From Macrostomum hystrix (Eukaryota; Animalia; Platyhelminthes), in assembly GCA_950097015.1 (NCBI GenBank), contig CATNEN010000011.1, forward strand, positions 2,542,001 through 2,606,000: a DNA stretch of 64,000 nt, read 5' to 3'. Shown in pieces: positions 12,601-25,920 of the stretch. Numbering within the stretch: position 1 is the first letter of the stretch; each line of letters opens with the position of its first letter. A model generated the notes under the pieces. It saw only the letters and a list, made by a program, of their open reading frames with translations, did no database searches and was not told where the DNA came from. The position numbers and the translations under genes are program-made.

Positions 12601-15600
12601 CCATGACTCCACATGATAATCTCCCATGATCCCACATGATAATCTCCCATGATCCCACATGATAATCTCCCATGATCCCACATGATAATCTCCCATGATC
12701 CCACATGATAATCTCCCATGATCCCACATGATAATCCCCCATAATCCCACATATAATCTCCCATGATCCTACATGATATCTCCCATGATCCCACATGATA
12801 TCTCCCATGATCATACATAATAATCTCCGATGATCACACATGGTAATATCCCAGGATCATGCATGATAATCTCCCATGATCCCACATGATAATCTCCCAT
12901 GATCCCACATAATAATATCCGATGATCTCACATGATATCTCCCATGATCATACATAATAATCTCCGATGATCACACATGGTAATATCCCAGGATCATGCA
13001 TGATAATCTCCCATGATCCCACATGATAATCTCCCATGATCCCACATGATAATCTCCCATGATCCCACATGATATCTCCCATGATCCCACATGATAATCT
13101 CCCATGATCCCACATGATAATCTCCCATGATCCCACATGATAATCTCCCATGATCCCACATGATAATCTCCCATGATACCACATGATAATCTCCCATGAT
13201 CCCACATGATATCTCCCATGATCCCACATGATAATCTCCCATGATCCCACATGATATCTCCCATGATCCCACATGATAATCTCCCATGATCCCACATGAT
13301 AATCTCCCATGATCCCACATGATAATCTCCCATGATTCCACATGATAATCTCCCATGATCCCACATGATAATCTCCCATGATCCCACATGATAATCTCCC
13401 ATGATCCCACATAATAATATCCCATGATCTCACATTCTCACATGATATCTCCCATGATCATACATAATAATCTCCGATGATCACACATGGTAATATCCTA
13501 GGATCATGCATGATAATCTCTCATGATCCGACATGATAATCTCCCATGATCCCACATGTTAATCTCCCGATTCCTCAGCTGGTCACCATGGCAACGCAGC
13601 CGACGCAGCCGCCGCTCGTCTCCGATTCTGCCTAATCGGTTTCGGCGACTCCAGCTATTTGCAGTACAATTTCGTTGCCAAGAAACTGCACCGCCGGCTC
13701 AGCCTGTTGGGCGCTCGGCCGGATGCTCCGCTAGCCCTGGCCAACGACCAGGACGATCAGGGACCCGACCAGGCTTTCCTGCCGTTCGCTGAGCGAATCT
13801 CTGCTTTACTCACCGACACGTACAGTGTGCGCTGCGCCTGCGTCGGCAGCTGCCTGGATGCGCCACTGACTCCGCTGTACCGGGTTGTCACCCTGACTGC
13901 TGCCAGGCCAGTTCGGCTGCCAAATTATCGATTGCCCCAGTCCGGAGACCTTACTGATTTTCAATTGGCTAGAATTGTTGCTAATCGACGGATGACTGCT
14001 GAAGACCATTTCCAGGTTAGCCTTGGTATCTACCCGCTGATCTGCCCCTAATCTACATGTGATCTACCCGCTGATCTGCCCCTAATCTACATGTGATCTA
14101 CCCGCTGATCTGCCCCTAATCTACGTGTGATCTACCCACTGATCTATCCCTAATCTACGTGTGATCTACCCACTGATCTATCCCTAATCTACATGTGATC
14201 TACCCACTGATCTGCCTCTAATCTACATGTGATCTACCCACTGATCTATCCCTAATCTACATGTGATCTACCCGCTGATCTGCCCCTAATCTACGTGTGA
14301 TCTACCCACTGATCTATCCCTTATTTACGTGTGATCTACCCGCTGATCTGCCCTTAATCTACGTGTGATCTACCCACTGATCTATCCCTTCTTCAGATGT
14401 TTATCAGATGTTTATCTGTAATTATCTAACCTCGCAGGACACCCGGCTGCTCACCCTTAGCCCCACCGGCGACAACTCCCAGCTCTGGCGTCCATTCGAA
14501 CCTGGCGACGTACTCCAAGTGTTGCCTAGCAACAGCGACGCTACCGTTAACAGCCTGTTGACTACATTGAGTCATCTTGACCCCGACACTCGACTAGTTT
14601 TATCTCAGGCCGACCCGAATTTTCCTACGCCAAAAGATCTGCCAGCTGACGGTGCCACCCTGCGCTGGCTGCTAACTCACTATTTCGACATCAGCTGCGT
14701 GCCGCGGCGAAGCTTCTTTGAAACTCTTCGCCGCATCGCCATGGGCATCGGGGACGGCGAGAGTGACGCCGACTTAAAAGTTAAAGCAGCGACGGATTCT
14801 GAACGATTAGAAATGGAAATCGACCGGCTGGGCGAATTCGTGCGCGACGTCGATGAATTATTAGCCTATTGCAATCGCCCTCGCCGTACTGTAGCCGAAA
14901 CATTGCGCGACTTTCCAATCTCGGCTTCTAGGATTAGTTTGAGTCGCCTATTCGACCTGCTCAGACCCATCCAGCCTCGCAGCTTCTCCATCGCCAGCCT
15001 CGGCCGAGCAGGCTGTCGCGAGCTCGACCTATTAGTAGCCGTTGTTCGCTACAAGTCCAGCCTGATGTCCGAGCCCAGACTCGGCCTGTGCTCAAATTAC
15101 CTGGCCTGCGCTCAACCAGGAAGTCTTCTTTCCGTTCGCCTTCAACGCGGCACCCTTCGCGTGCCCCCAAACCAAGTACCAGTCATTCTGGTCGGCCCCG
15201 GCACTGGAATAGCTCCGTTTCGAGGCCTCGTACAGTTGCGACACGGCTCTGTGTGTAATGGCGACGGCGAGGGCGAGAATCGCCAGGCCGAGGGCGAGGG
15301 CGAGAATCGCCAGGCCGAGGGCGAGGGCGAGAATCGCCAGGCCGAGGGCGAGGGCGATAACAATGAAAGCGCGGAGACTCTAGTATTCTTCGGTTGTCGC
15401 CATGCTGAAAAGGATTTCTATTTCAAATCTGAATGGCTGGAATGGATGCGGGCCTCTCGTAACCGGTTCAAACTGGTTCCGGCCCATTCTCGGCCAACTG
15501 GTGTGGGTGAGCACGGCTGCTACGTTCAGGCTCGAATTCGTGAGCACGGCCCTCAGGTGGCCAGAATGCTGCTACAGAACGGCGGCGCTGTCATTGTGGC

Positions 15601-15748
15601 GGGCAGCTCCGGTGCGATGCCGCGCGATGTACTAGCCGCAGTGCAGGCCGCCCTAACTGAGCACGGCGGTTGCGATGACGTCACAGCTGCCGGACTCTTA
15701 GCCGAATGGCAGAGAACTGGCCGCTACCAGATGGAGACTTGGTCCTGA
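9625..15748 (+). CDS. NDOR1: NADPH-dependent diflavin oxidoreductase 1. Exons 9625-10003, 13579-14015, 14438-15748
   Basis: Flavodoxin motifs YGSETGVAQD, CSTTGQGDPPANMKRFW and GFGDSSY..YNFVAKKLHRRL; FAD motif PRSFSIAS; GLCSNYL; VGPGTGIAPFR; FFGCR...DFYF. The C-terminus METWS matches the NDOR1-type ETW ending. Junctions are frame-compatible GT-AG. Confidence 0.9.
10031..13560. repeat. 23-bp minisatellite (aatctcccatgatcccacatgat), about 150 copies, NDOR1 intron 1
   Basis: Direct periodicity with repeated variant blocks. Confidence 0.97.
14025..14390. repeat. 34-bp minisatellite in NDOR1 intron 2
   Basis: atctacatgtg recurs at 14051 and 14085 and onward. Confidence 0.93.
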
Positions 15749-15919
15749 ACTCTCTCTGCAATCACTCTGTGGCCACTCTGCTGACTAGAGACTAGCGATT
15801 CATGATTGCTTTGTGTTCCATTGACCAGCTTGTTGGCATTTGATCTTTGCCGACACCATCAATGCATTCCCGTTATCTGTCTTTATGTTTTTTTAACTTC
15901 ACAGTTAAAAAATCCAAAT

Positions 15920-16500
15920 TATCCTTTGATGTCCTGCCGCCGTTAGTTTTCCTACAACCCTAGATGATCCTTTAATGTGCCGCCGACGTTAATTTTCCCA
16001 CGACCCCGGATGATCCTTTGATGTGCCGCCGCCGCCACTTTTCCTACAATCCCGGATGCTCCTTTGATATGCGGCCGCCGCCGTTAGTTTTCCTATAATC
16101 ATGGATGATCCTTTGATGTCCTGCCGCCGTTAGTTTTCCTACAACCCTGGATGATCCTTTAATGTGCCGCCGCCGTTAGTTTTCCTACGACCCCGGATGA
16201 TCCTTTGATGTGCCGCCACCGCCACTTTTCCTACAATCCCGGATGCTCCTTTGATATGCGGCCGCCGCCGTTAGTTTTCCTATAATCATGGATGATCCTT
16301 TGATGTCCCGCCGCCGTTAGTTTTCCTACGACCCCGGATGATCCTTTGATGTGCCGCCGCCGCCACTTTTCCTACAATCCCGGATGCTCCTTTGATATGC
16401 GGCCGCCGCCGTTAATTTTCCTACGACCCCGGATGATCCTTTGATGTGCCGCCGCTGCCACTTTTCGCACAATCCCAGACGATCCTTTGATGTGCCGCCC
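15920..16500. repeat. About 46-bp minisatellite downstream of NDOR1
   Basis: Recurring gatgatcctttgatgtgccgccgccg..ttttcctac units. Confidence 0.9.
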
Positions 16501-17399
16501 CTTATTCTTCAGCCTTGAATGAACCTCAGAACCGCCGGGATCCCTTGAACCATGGTTTTCAACCTCTTTCATCTCATTGGTTTAAACGAAAACTTATTTA
16601 GATGCATAAATAGCTTCATTATTAATTAAAAAGCGCCTATTTTGATTTTTAAAAACGATCGACACGAAAAGTTCAAGCGGCAAATCAACAGTTTTTTACT
16701 ATTTGACTATAACAAAAGTTATTTTGTTATGTTAAAGTTGCAATTCTTGAGTATTTTTTGGCTTTTTTTAGTCGGTGCTTTGTCTTGTTAGCAGTGCAGT
16801 ATTGCTTAATTTGAAATGGGTGTAGCAGTGTTATAGACAACAATTTCGCGACCAATTACACAGCTTGCTTAATACTTATGTTTTCTTGCCTATAAATTTA
16901 GTTTGTTTGATTTCTGTTTGATTTAGCAGCTTTCAGACAAGATGCCTACTGGCTTGTGACCTCGATGGATAAAACACTCATTTATTTACTCCAGATTGTC
17001 ATTATCAATTTTTCCATGATTGCTTTCATAGAATTGACTGCTAAATAACTTTAGAAAGAATAATTTTATCTCCTAATTAACCTTATAAATATAAGCTATA
17101 ACCTTAAGAACCCCAGGTAATATTGTGGGGTGCACCTCTTTGTAGAATTGTTGATACGAAATAAAATTATCTCAGTGCATGTATCATGTGAGACATCATT
17201 TTGAAAGGTAAAATTTTTCTAAAAACTGTATAGCTTTTTGAAACAAGCAAGCCTAAAGGAGTTGATAGTCTTTTTCAACATTTTTTTTTGGACAATAGCA
17301 AATGACCATAAGATACTGATATTACTTATATAACATCCGCTAAGGTTGACTGTTTCTGAAATCCATGACTCCGTGTCAGAGAATCTGTAGCTGTTGCGT

Positions 17400-18110
17400 C
17401 CCAAAGTATATAGTTGGAATTATCCCAAAGTTAGTTGGAATCGTCCAAAAGTATGTAGTTGGAATCGTCCCAAAGTATGTTGTTGGAATCGTCCCAAATT
17501 ATGTAGTTGGAATCGTCCCAAAGTATGTAGCTAGAATCGTCCCAAATTATGTAGTTGGAATCGTCCCAAAGTATGTGGTTGGAATCGTCCCAAAGTATAT
17601 AGCTAGAATCGTCCTAAAGTATGTAGCTAGAATCGTCCCAAATTATGTAGTTAGAATCGTCCCAAAGTATGTAGTTGGAATCGTCCCAAAGTATGTTGTT
17701 GGAATCGTCCCAAATTATGTAGTTGGAATCGTCCCAAAGTATGTAGCTAGAATCGTCCCAAATTATGTAGTTGGAATCGTCCCAAAGTATGTAGTTGGAA
17801 TCGTCCCAAAGTATATAGCTAGAATCGTCCTAAAGTATGTAGCTAGAATCGTCCCAAATTATGTAGTTAGAATCGTCCCAAAGTATGTAGTTGGAATCGT
17901 CCTGAAGTATGTTGTTGGAATCGTCCCAAATTATGTAGTTGGAATCGTCCTGAAGTATGTTGTTGGAATCTTCCCAAGTTATGTAGTTGGAATCGTCCCA
18001 AAGTATGTTGTTGGAATCGTCCCAAAGTATGTAGCTAGAATCGTCCCAAAGTATGTAGCTAGAATCGTCCTAAAGTATGTAGTTGGAATCGTCCCAAAGT
18101 ACGTATGTAG
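17400..18110. repeat. 24-bp minisatellite (gttggaatcgtcccaaagtatgta)
   Basis: Direct periodicity; it is the source of the spurious VVGIVPKY ORF. Confidence 0.95.
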
Positions 18111-20159
18111 TTGGAATCTTCACAAACTATGCAGCTTAAGTATTCGCTGATTCATTACAATGTTACTTTTTATCATATCATTGTCAGAGATACTAGAAAA
18201 AACAGTTTTAAGGCAACTTTTTATGCAAAATATAAGTTGGGTATTTTCATTGACATGTACTTTTTATCTAGCTGTAAAAAAGAAACTAACATACTACTTA
18301 TATATAGTAGAGTGTGTCAAATAAATTTAAAAAAATTATGAATCACGGCTTTTACGATAAAAAGGAGAAGAGAGCAGAGAGATCGAAAAAATTGGTGGAT
18401 GATAGAATTGGGGAAGTGATGCCAGAAAATATAGATGAAACTAACTTGGATAGAGAAGATATCGTAGCAGTAAATGAAGGCAATACTCGCAGCAATGCTC
18501 TTGATGTTTTATAAATGGTTGGCGAGTCCGTTGGTTGGCCATTTATCGATCGGTCAAAAAAAGCAATTTCAGAAGCTAATCTATGGAAATCAGATTTCTA
18601 CTATAGATAGCAAGAGTGTGTGCCGGCCTCTTGGTATCGATCGGGCCAAGTTGCCATCTCGCTGATTCATTCATTATTCATTCAGCAAACTGAGCTCAGT
18701 GCGAGGCTGAGTCCACTCACTCCCTAGGACAGAAATCGATCTTCAAGATGCTTGGCCTCTTCTAGACTTTTTTGCTTCGTGTTTCTTTTGCGATGTTGTG
18801 TCCCGAGCTCGACGCGTAATCGAATTCGTTTGAGACCGTCCTTTGAGAGGCTCGGAGAAATTGGGGATAGGATAAATTGGGAGAATTCTTAAGGGCGAGA
18901 GAAGCGAGAAAGAGAGACAGGCAGTGAGAGAAAGATTTGCTGAGGAAAAATAATTAAAGCAAGCTTGAGTAGGCGGTGGCGGTCCTTAGTAGGAGAGAGT
19001 TTTAGGAAGTTTGCGTGCTCACACTAGACTCAACCACGCACACACCCACATATACACCCACGCATACTGCCACTTAGTACTAGGCTTGTTAGGTCTAGTG
19101 CAAGCCTAGAATAGACTTGTGCTTATTTAGAACACCCAATCCATATGCTGCAGTGCTTAAACAGAACCACGTGCTAAATCATGAGTAACCATGAGTAAGC
19201 TCTGTTCGTTTCTAAAGAAGCCGGTCGTTTTTGAGTTGCTAACTGCAAGCGCTTGTGCGCTAATTGGGAAAATCAATTTCAACTTTAGGAATTCATCTTA
19301 GACAGCTGTATGCTGCTTCTGCTTACTTTGTGGCTTTTCTTGTGTGTTTCCTAGTGTTGTGTCTTTGTTATAGTGACATGTCTTTGTTTGTGTCATGTGC
19401 TAGTTATCGTGATGTGTTTGTTAGTGCCATCTGTTTTTTTAGTGTCATGTGCTTGTTATCGTCATGTACTTTTTTAGTATTGTCTGTTGTTGTCGTGTCT
19501 TTGTTGTTGTCGTGTCTTTGTTGTTGTCATGTCTTTGTTGTTGTCATGTGTTTGGTTGAGTCGTGTGTTTAGTTTGTGTAAAATAAATTTTATATTGTCA
19601 TGATAAGACATAAATAGACAGAGATTCAAAATGTGTGCCATGTCCTGATTTATCGAATTGTCAAATACAGCAAATACTGCAGTACCGAAAAACACACACC
19701 AGACTTTTATATTTTGTAAACATAATTACGCTCGTAATAAGTTGCAAGAAAATACTTGTTAAACGACTTGCTTATAATTTTTTATACAGGTAAATCACAG
19801 TGATGAAGCATGCTTAGGTGAGGTATAATGTGAGCTAGAAATTTCTTATTGATCACACTTACCTAAATTTAATTTCCGCTACTTATGTGATATGATGACA
19901 ACAAAGTGAGAAATCAGCTATGTACATTATATTATGCCAAGATCACGAAAGTCGATAACGCAGTAAGCACATTGAGTTGCTTACAGACGTGATAGTACAG
20001 TTAAGTCAACTAAAAAAGCAGGTAAAAGCTATTTAATAAAATTTTTTGATTTTTAAAAAACGTAAACTTCGCTAAAATGACGCCACGAAACAAAAAGTCA
20101 CATCTCAACGAAAGAAACTAGCTAAAAAGAGTTAGATGCAATGATCAAGAGACTAAAAA

Positions 20160-20945
20160 TGGTTGCGGTGGGGCACATTAGACAAAATGGGGTGGTGGGG
20201 CTTAGCAAACAAAATGGGGTGGTGGGGCTCACAAGACAAAATGGGGTGGTGGGGCTCACAAGATAAAATGGGGCGGTGGGGCTCACCAGACAAATTGGGG
20301 TAGTTTGTCACTCCAGTTAAAATGGGGTGGTGGGGCTCACCAGACAAAATGGGGTGGTGGGGCTCACCAGACAAATTGGGGTAGTTTGTCACTCCAGTTA
20401 AAATGGGGTGGTGGGGCTCACCAGACAAAACGGGGTGGTAAGGCTCGACAGACAAAATGGGGAGGAGGGTCACACCAGCCGAAATGGGGTGGTGGGGCTC
20501 ACCAGCCTAAATGGGGTGGTGGGGCTCGCCAGACAAAATGGGGTGGTGGGGCACACCATACAAATTGGGGTGGTGGGGCACACCAAACAAAATGGGGTGG
20601 TGGGGCTCACCAGCCTAAATGGGGTGGTCGGGCTCGCCAGACAAAATGGGGTGGTGGGGCACACCAAACAAATTGAGGTGGTGGGGCACACCAAACAAAA
20701 TGGGGTGGTGGGGCTCGCCAGACAAAATGGGGTGGTGGGGCACACCAAACAAATTGAGGTGGTGGGGCACACTAAACAAATTGAGGTGGTGGGGCACACC
20801 AAACAAAATGGGGTGGTGGGGCTCGCCAGACAAAATGGGGTGGTGGGGCACACCAAACAAATTGAGGTGGTGGGGCACACCAAACAAAATGGGGTGGTGG
20901 GGCTCGCCAGACAAAATGGGGTGGTGGGGCTCACCAAACAAAATG
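20160..20945. repeat. 30-bp G-rich minisatellite (ggggtggtggggctcaccagacaaaat-type) at the CCN 3' end
   Basis: Direct periodicity. Confidence 0.93.
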
Positions 20946-21019
20946 GAGTGTTGGTGCACACTTTGCTAAGCTGTCAGTTGACAAACTTTTGAAATAAAAA
21001 ATACCAATCATGACAGGAA

Positions 21020-24000
21020 TCATTCATCGCATCCTCTATTAGTGCAGATGCACCTCTTGATCCAGGCCCACTGTCTGACCCTGCCGATGCCATCGTCGCA
21101 CTGAAATTCCACAGTTTTTGTCTTGACCTTCAGTGGACGGCAGCATCGCCTGCGCGGACAGCCGGAGCAAAATTTGGGCTTCCAGAGGCGCACACTGCGA
21201 CACACGACAGCCGATGTTGAGCCACCTGGCGTGGGAGAAGCTTCGTCCTCCGTGTAGGTGAGTCGCATTGGTTGCTGAGCTCGGATAGTCGACCTGCAGT
21301 TCTGCTCCTCCTGAGAAAATTGTTTAAGCATTGCATTCTTTAGATTTCTATATGTGTCGTCTATAGCGAGCTAGCCGACAGGACATGTATATATGCATGC
21401 ACGTGTGATATGCGATACCCCAAGGTGATCAAGTAAGGCCTGATTCCCACACCAGGTTTTCGTTTTGCGACTATATACGCCTGGCAATGGGGAGTATGGT
21501 GAGTCATGGAGACAAGTCCTCGCAAAACCCCCATATTCCGGACAAGTGTGGGCTGACTGGCTAGCCCAAAAATACACTGGGCATATAGGAAATTCGGATG
21601 CGCTACCTGTAGAAAAACACCGATAACGGAATATAGTGCAACAGATTTTCGAAATGTTAGTTTCGCTTGAAAACTGAATAAATTCTCTACATTTTAGCTA
21701 AAGCTTCTGCATCTACCTGTTTTAACCTGTGAGCTGTGCTTAAATAGAGTTTAAGGATGACGAAAATGACAACTCACTTTGTCACTTTGTCACTTTCCCC
21801 CCCCTCGTGGCCTAGGCCGCTCTAATTTCGGGGCGCGTACGTAGCCAAGGCCAAAGGGGCTTGTCGTGCAATTTAAACCCGTCAGGGCTAACCCCCGCTT
21901 CAAGGCTCAGTTAAGAGTGTGTTTGGGAGCCAGTCTACTAAAAGTGCAAGTCCTCATTCCTCTCTCACCATAGCCGGATCAGCAACGCACTCCGCCATCA
22001 TACACAGTCGGGTCTCGCGAATGGTCTTACACTCGGCGTTGTCGTTTGTCAGCCTCGAGGACTGACCGATGCCGCAGGTTGCCGAACAGGAGGACCATTT
22101 TGTTATGACCTTGTTCTGCTGGGGACAGCCGGCGAGATCGGAGTGCCGGACGTCCGGGTTGCTGCTTTGTTGCTGGCCTGGAAACGGTTCGCATGTGATC
22201 GACAGCTCGGTTACGACTCTCGCAAGACGACAAATTATCCTCAAGGTCCTCTAGTCTGATTCTGAAGGTCTCATGGTGTAGCTCTCAAGGTCATTTTGTA
22301 GTTCTCAAGGTCATTTAATGTGGTTCTCAAGGTCATGAGGTGTGATTCTCAAGGACATGCGGTGTGATTCTCAAGGACATGAGGTGTGATTCTCAAGGAC
22401 ATGCGGTGTGATTCTCAAGGACATGAGGTGTGATTCTCAAGGACATGCGGTGTGATTCTCAAGGTCATTAAATGCGGTTCTCAAGGTCGTATGTTTTGAT
22501 TCTCAAGGTCCTATGGCATGATTCCCAAGGTCATTGTGCTATTCTCAAGGTCCTATGCTGTGGTTCGCGTGGAAAATAAAAGAATTATCGATACAGCAAT
22601 AGATAGTTGTAGTATTTCTTTACTAATTAGCTCCCGTCACGATAGCAACGTGGGACTCACCGTGCCGACTTTTCCTAGCCACCACGGCATCATCGTCTGC
22701 GGCTGTTGGCGTTTCCGTCGCGGAAGCGACATGAGCTGCAGCTGCAACATTGTCGCAGATCCACTCCTTGCAACAACGACCTGGAATGGGCACCAGGCTG
22801 CTGTGACGGCACACTGATGCCGGAGGTCGCCTTGTCTGGTGCCAGCAGACGTCCGAGCAGGCGACTCGGCCGTCCTGACACAGGCAGCGATATCGACAGG
22901 TTGAGTTAAACGCTTGGCCGTCTAGATAGACGTGTCCGTTGACGTGACAACTGAGACCACCTGTGCGCTCTGGATTTAAAAAATGGTTCTCAATCAATTG
23001 GAATCTTAAAATCGAAAACAGCGAAATCAATAAGGACAATTCTCAGAAGACATGCTGACTTAATTGGACGATGTTCAGAAGACACTGAGCTAATTGGACG
23101 ATGTTCAGAAGACACTGAGCTAATTGGACGATGTTCAGAAGACACTGAGCTAATTGGACGATGTTCAGAAGACACTGAGCTAATTGGACGATGTTCAGAA
23201 GACACTGAGCTAATTGGACGATGTTCAGAAGACACTGAGCTAATTGGAAGATGTTCAGAAGACACTGAGACAATGAGGTAGGTTCATACTCTCCATAAAA
23301 CGGCTACTTACTGCGACAGAAGGCGGCACCACCGCTGGGATCTCGGGCGCAGATCAGATCCCCAGCCGGGTCGCAAGGAAACCGCTCGTCGCAGTCTTCG
23401 CCCTGCTGTCTGGCGCACACCTGGCAGCATCCGCAGCCGTCTGTCACGGTGCTGACACCTGCGTGACATTGCGGAGGCTGGCTGAAGCAGCTGCAAGGCT
23501 GCGGACAGCTGAACGGCGTCTGTTGAAGAAATAAAGAATTTTGTGGTATCCCATGGGATTTTGCGGGATCCCATGGGATTTTGTGGTATTCCAAGGGATT
23601 TTGTGGGGATAACACGGACAAGGGATTTTGTCTTGGACAAAAGACAAATAAGAATCCCACAAGATCCAATGAAATCCAATCGAATCCCACAAAGTCCCGT
23701 GTTATCCCCACTAAATCCCTTGGAATCCCAAGAATTCCTTGGAATTCCTTAGAATTCTTCTGTCCTTAGGATTCGTAAGAATTCTGTCGGATTCTGTGAG
23801 ATTCCAATTGGGATTCCGTAGGATTTTTAGGATTTCTTAGGATTATGTAGGATTGGAATTTCTTTGGGATTCTGTAGGATTCCTTGGGATTCTGTGGGAT
23901 TCCTTGGGATTCTGTGGGATTCCTTGGGAGTCTTTATGATTCATTAGGATTCTGTGGGATTCCTTGGGATTCCTTGGGATTTCTTGGGATTCTTTAGGAT

Positions 24001-24276
24001 TCCTTAGGATTCTTTGGGATTATGTAGGATTCCTTGGGATTCTGTGGGATTCCTTGGGATTCTGTGGGATTCCTTGGGTAGATTTGATACCTGACCTCAT
24101 GCTACCTTAGGAATAATCAATGATATTTGAGTCCCTATAAAACTTACCCTTCTGGACACAACCACTGGCCATGCAGCAAGGCCAGCTGTCTGAGCAGTGT
24201 CAACACTTAACAGCAAATAGCTGAAGCCAAAGAGAAACTTCAGCAGAAGATCAGACGACAATGACTTCCAACACAT
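21020..24276 (-). CDS. CCN family (CYR61/CTGF/NOV-like) matricellular protein. Exons 24276-24148 (signal peptide), 23519-23312 (IGFBP), 22969-22661 (VWC), 22177-21969 (TSP1), 21310-21020 (cystine knot)
   Basis: IGFBP GCGCCQVCARQQG; VWC CRYRCLCQDG..C..PGRCCKEWIC; TSP1 WSSCSATCGIGQS.R; 10-Cys CT domain. One module per exon, as in CCN genes. A hydrophobic first exon (MCWKSLSSDLLLKFLFGFSYLLLSVDTA) splices in phase 0. Confidence 0.88.
22270..22560. repeat. 22-bp minisatellite (ttctcaaggacatgcggtgtga) in CCN intron
   Basis: Direct periodicity. Confidence 0.85.
23045..23268. repeat. 30-bp near-perfect minisatellite in CCN intron
   Basis: agaagacactgagctaattggacgatgttc repeated about 7 times. Confidence 0.95.
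23540..24080. repeat. Degenerate 10/20-bp repeat (gggattcctt/gggattctgt) in CCN intron 1
   Basis: Direct periodicity, with an inverted (aatccc) segment in the middle. Confidence 0.85.
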
Positions 24277-25920
24277 TTGACAGAGTTCAATTGTTGAAAT
24301 CTGTAAAATCTGCTTCTATTTTCAAAGGCTCTAGATTTGGCGCATCATTTGTAAGCCGCACCAAACTGTGTCTTCCTGCGTGCGTTCACGCGCAATAAAT
24401 CAGTTGGACTTGAGTTGCCTTCAGTTTGAGCTGTTATTTGGCTGGAATGGAGTGAAGGCCTGACAGTATAGATGATTTACGACGCCGAAATAACAACCCC
24501 CCCAGACAAGCCAATCACAGGCCATCTATAGTATTGTGCATCAGATTGGATATAAGCATGCCTGAACAGAGAGAAATATCATTATTTTATGTATAAAACA
24601 CACTTTACAAAAGTTTTACCTATATTAAACTAAACTATAATGTCTGCACAATTTAGCAGGACATTGTTGTGCGCGGTCATGGCCGGTGATTTCCGTCACC
24701 TACTGAATAAACTAAAAGCCAATGTAAGACGAAGGAAGTGCTAAGGCCTTCTTCGTGACCTGATTCAGAACCTGTCCCCTATACATCGTGCTACTCTCCT
24801 GCGCCTGGTAACTCTCACTTTGGCACCCGATAGATCGCATGCCAATCTCCTTATGTAGAGAAGCATTTCTTCCCCAAAACCTCTTCTCATCTGTAGCCGC
24901 CCGCTCTGCTCAGAAAATTATTCTATTGCATTTGTGTTTCTTATAGTCGGAGAAGCAGAAGACCTCTGAGCACAACTCACCGGCCATCATCAAGATTTTT
25001 ATTCTGCAGATCTGCTAGTAGGGAGGGCATCATCTATCAAGCTTCATCAAGACTCCCTGTCCTCAAGGGGAAACTTCGAAATAAAAGAATTGGAATCAGA
25101 GGACGCTTATACCTTCTTCGGAAAGAAATCAGAAAAGCAGACTCATCACAGACCTAATACTGCAACACCGCCGCGCACACCTATGCACACAATTCTTCAT
25201 CGCTCAATGTCGAGAAATTGAGTAGGCCAAAATCATTGTTCCAAAAAGGAAGTAAAATTAAGGATGAAAGATTTATAAGGCCGAAATTATAATACAATAT
25301 AATGACTATGACTATATTAACGAGAGGCAGTTGCACTGTGATCGATGAGAGAAAAAACTGAGTTTTGAGATACCTTCAAGTCTATACATGGGCAATCATT
25401 GGTTGGGAGTTTGAGGTCGACACGAAGAACCAGTTGAGAATAGGATCACATGATACAGATGGCCTACCTCACAGACAGTTTGCTAGAGGTAAGAAATTTG
25501 AAACTGAAAAAATACGGATTAGGGCGTAGGAAGGAAATGAAGCATTTTTGTGACAACAGTTTCTTCTAGCCATGAGTATCATGAGTCTCATCTTGTTGTG
25601 AATGGTGTCAGTTTCCATGCTATGATGCTATATAGAGTTAGTATATAGCATTGTGAGACACCAGGATTGCATGACAATGAAGTATTATGATTGTCCAATC
25701 TTTATAGTCTATTATAACTAGTCACTGATCTGACCTATGAACCAATAGAATCTTGAAAGAGTAACCGGAATAACTGCTTTAATCTGCTTTGAATGAACTC
25801 TTGGTGTTTAGTGTGGGTCAGGACAACTCAAATTGATTTTTAGTGTCGAGGTGGGTCATAACCTCCCTGCAAAGAATGTATAGAAAGAGCCACGAGGGGG
25901 GGTCATGACCTCTCTACATA

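Noticed and set aside
9766-13433. Many long minus-strand ORFs (up to 555 aa, MWDHGRLSCGIMGDYHVGSWEII repeats)
   Set aside because: Stop-free readings of the 23-bp intronic array, open in all three frames and antisense to NDOR1.
24400-25800. Possible decayed retroelement or gene upstream of CCN
   Set aside because: No ORF or recognisable RT/endonuclease motif could be supported.
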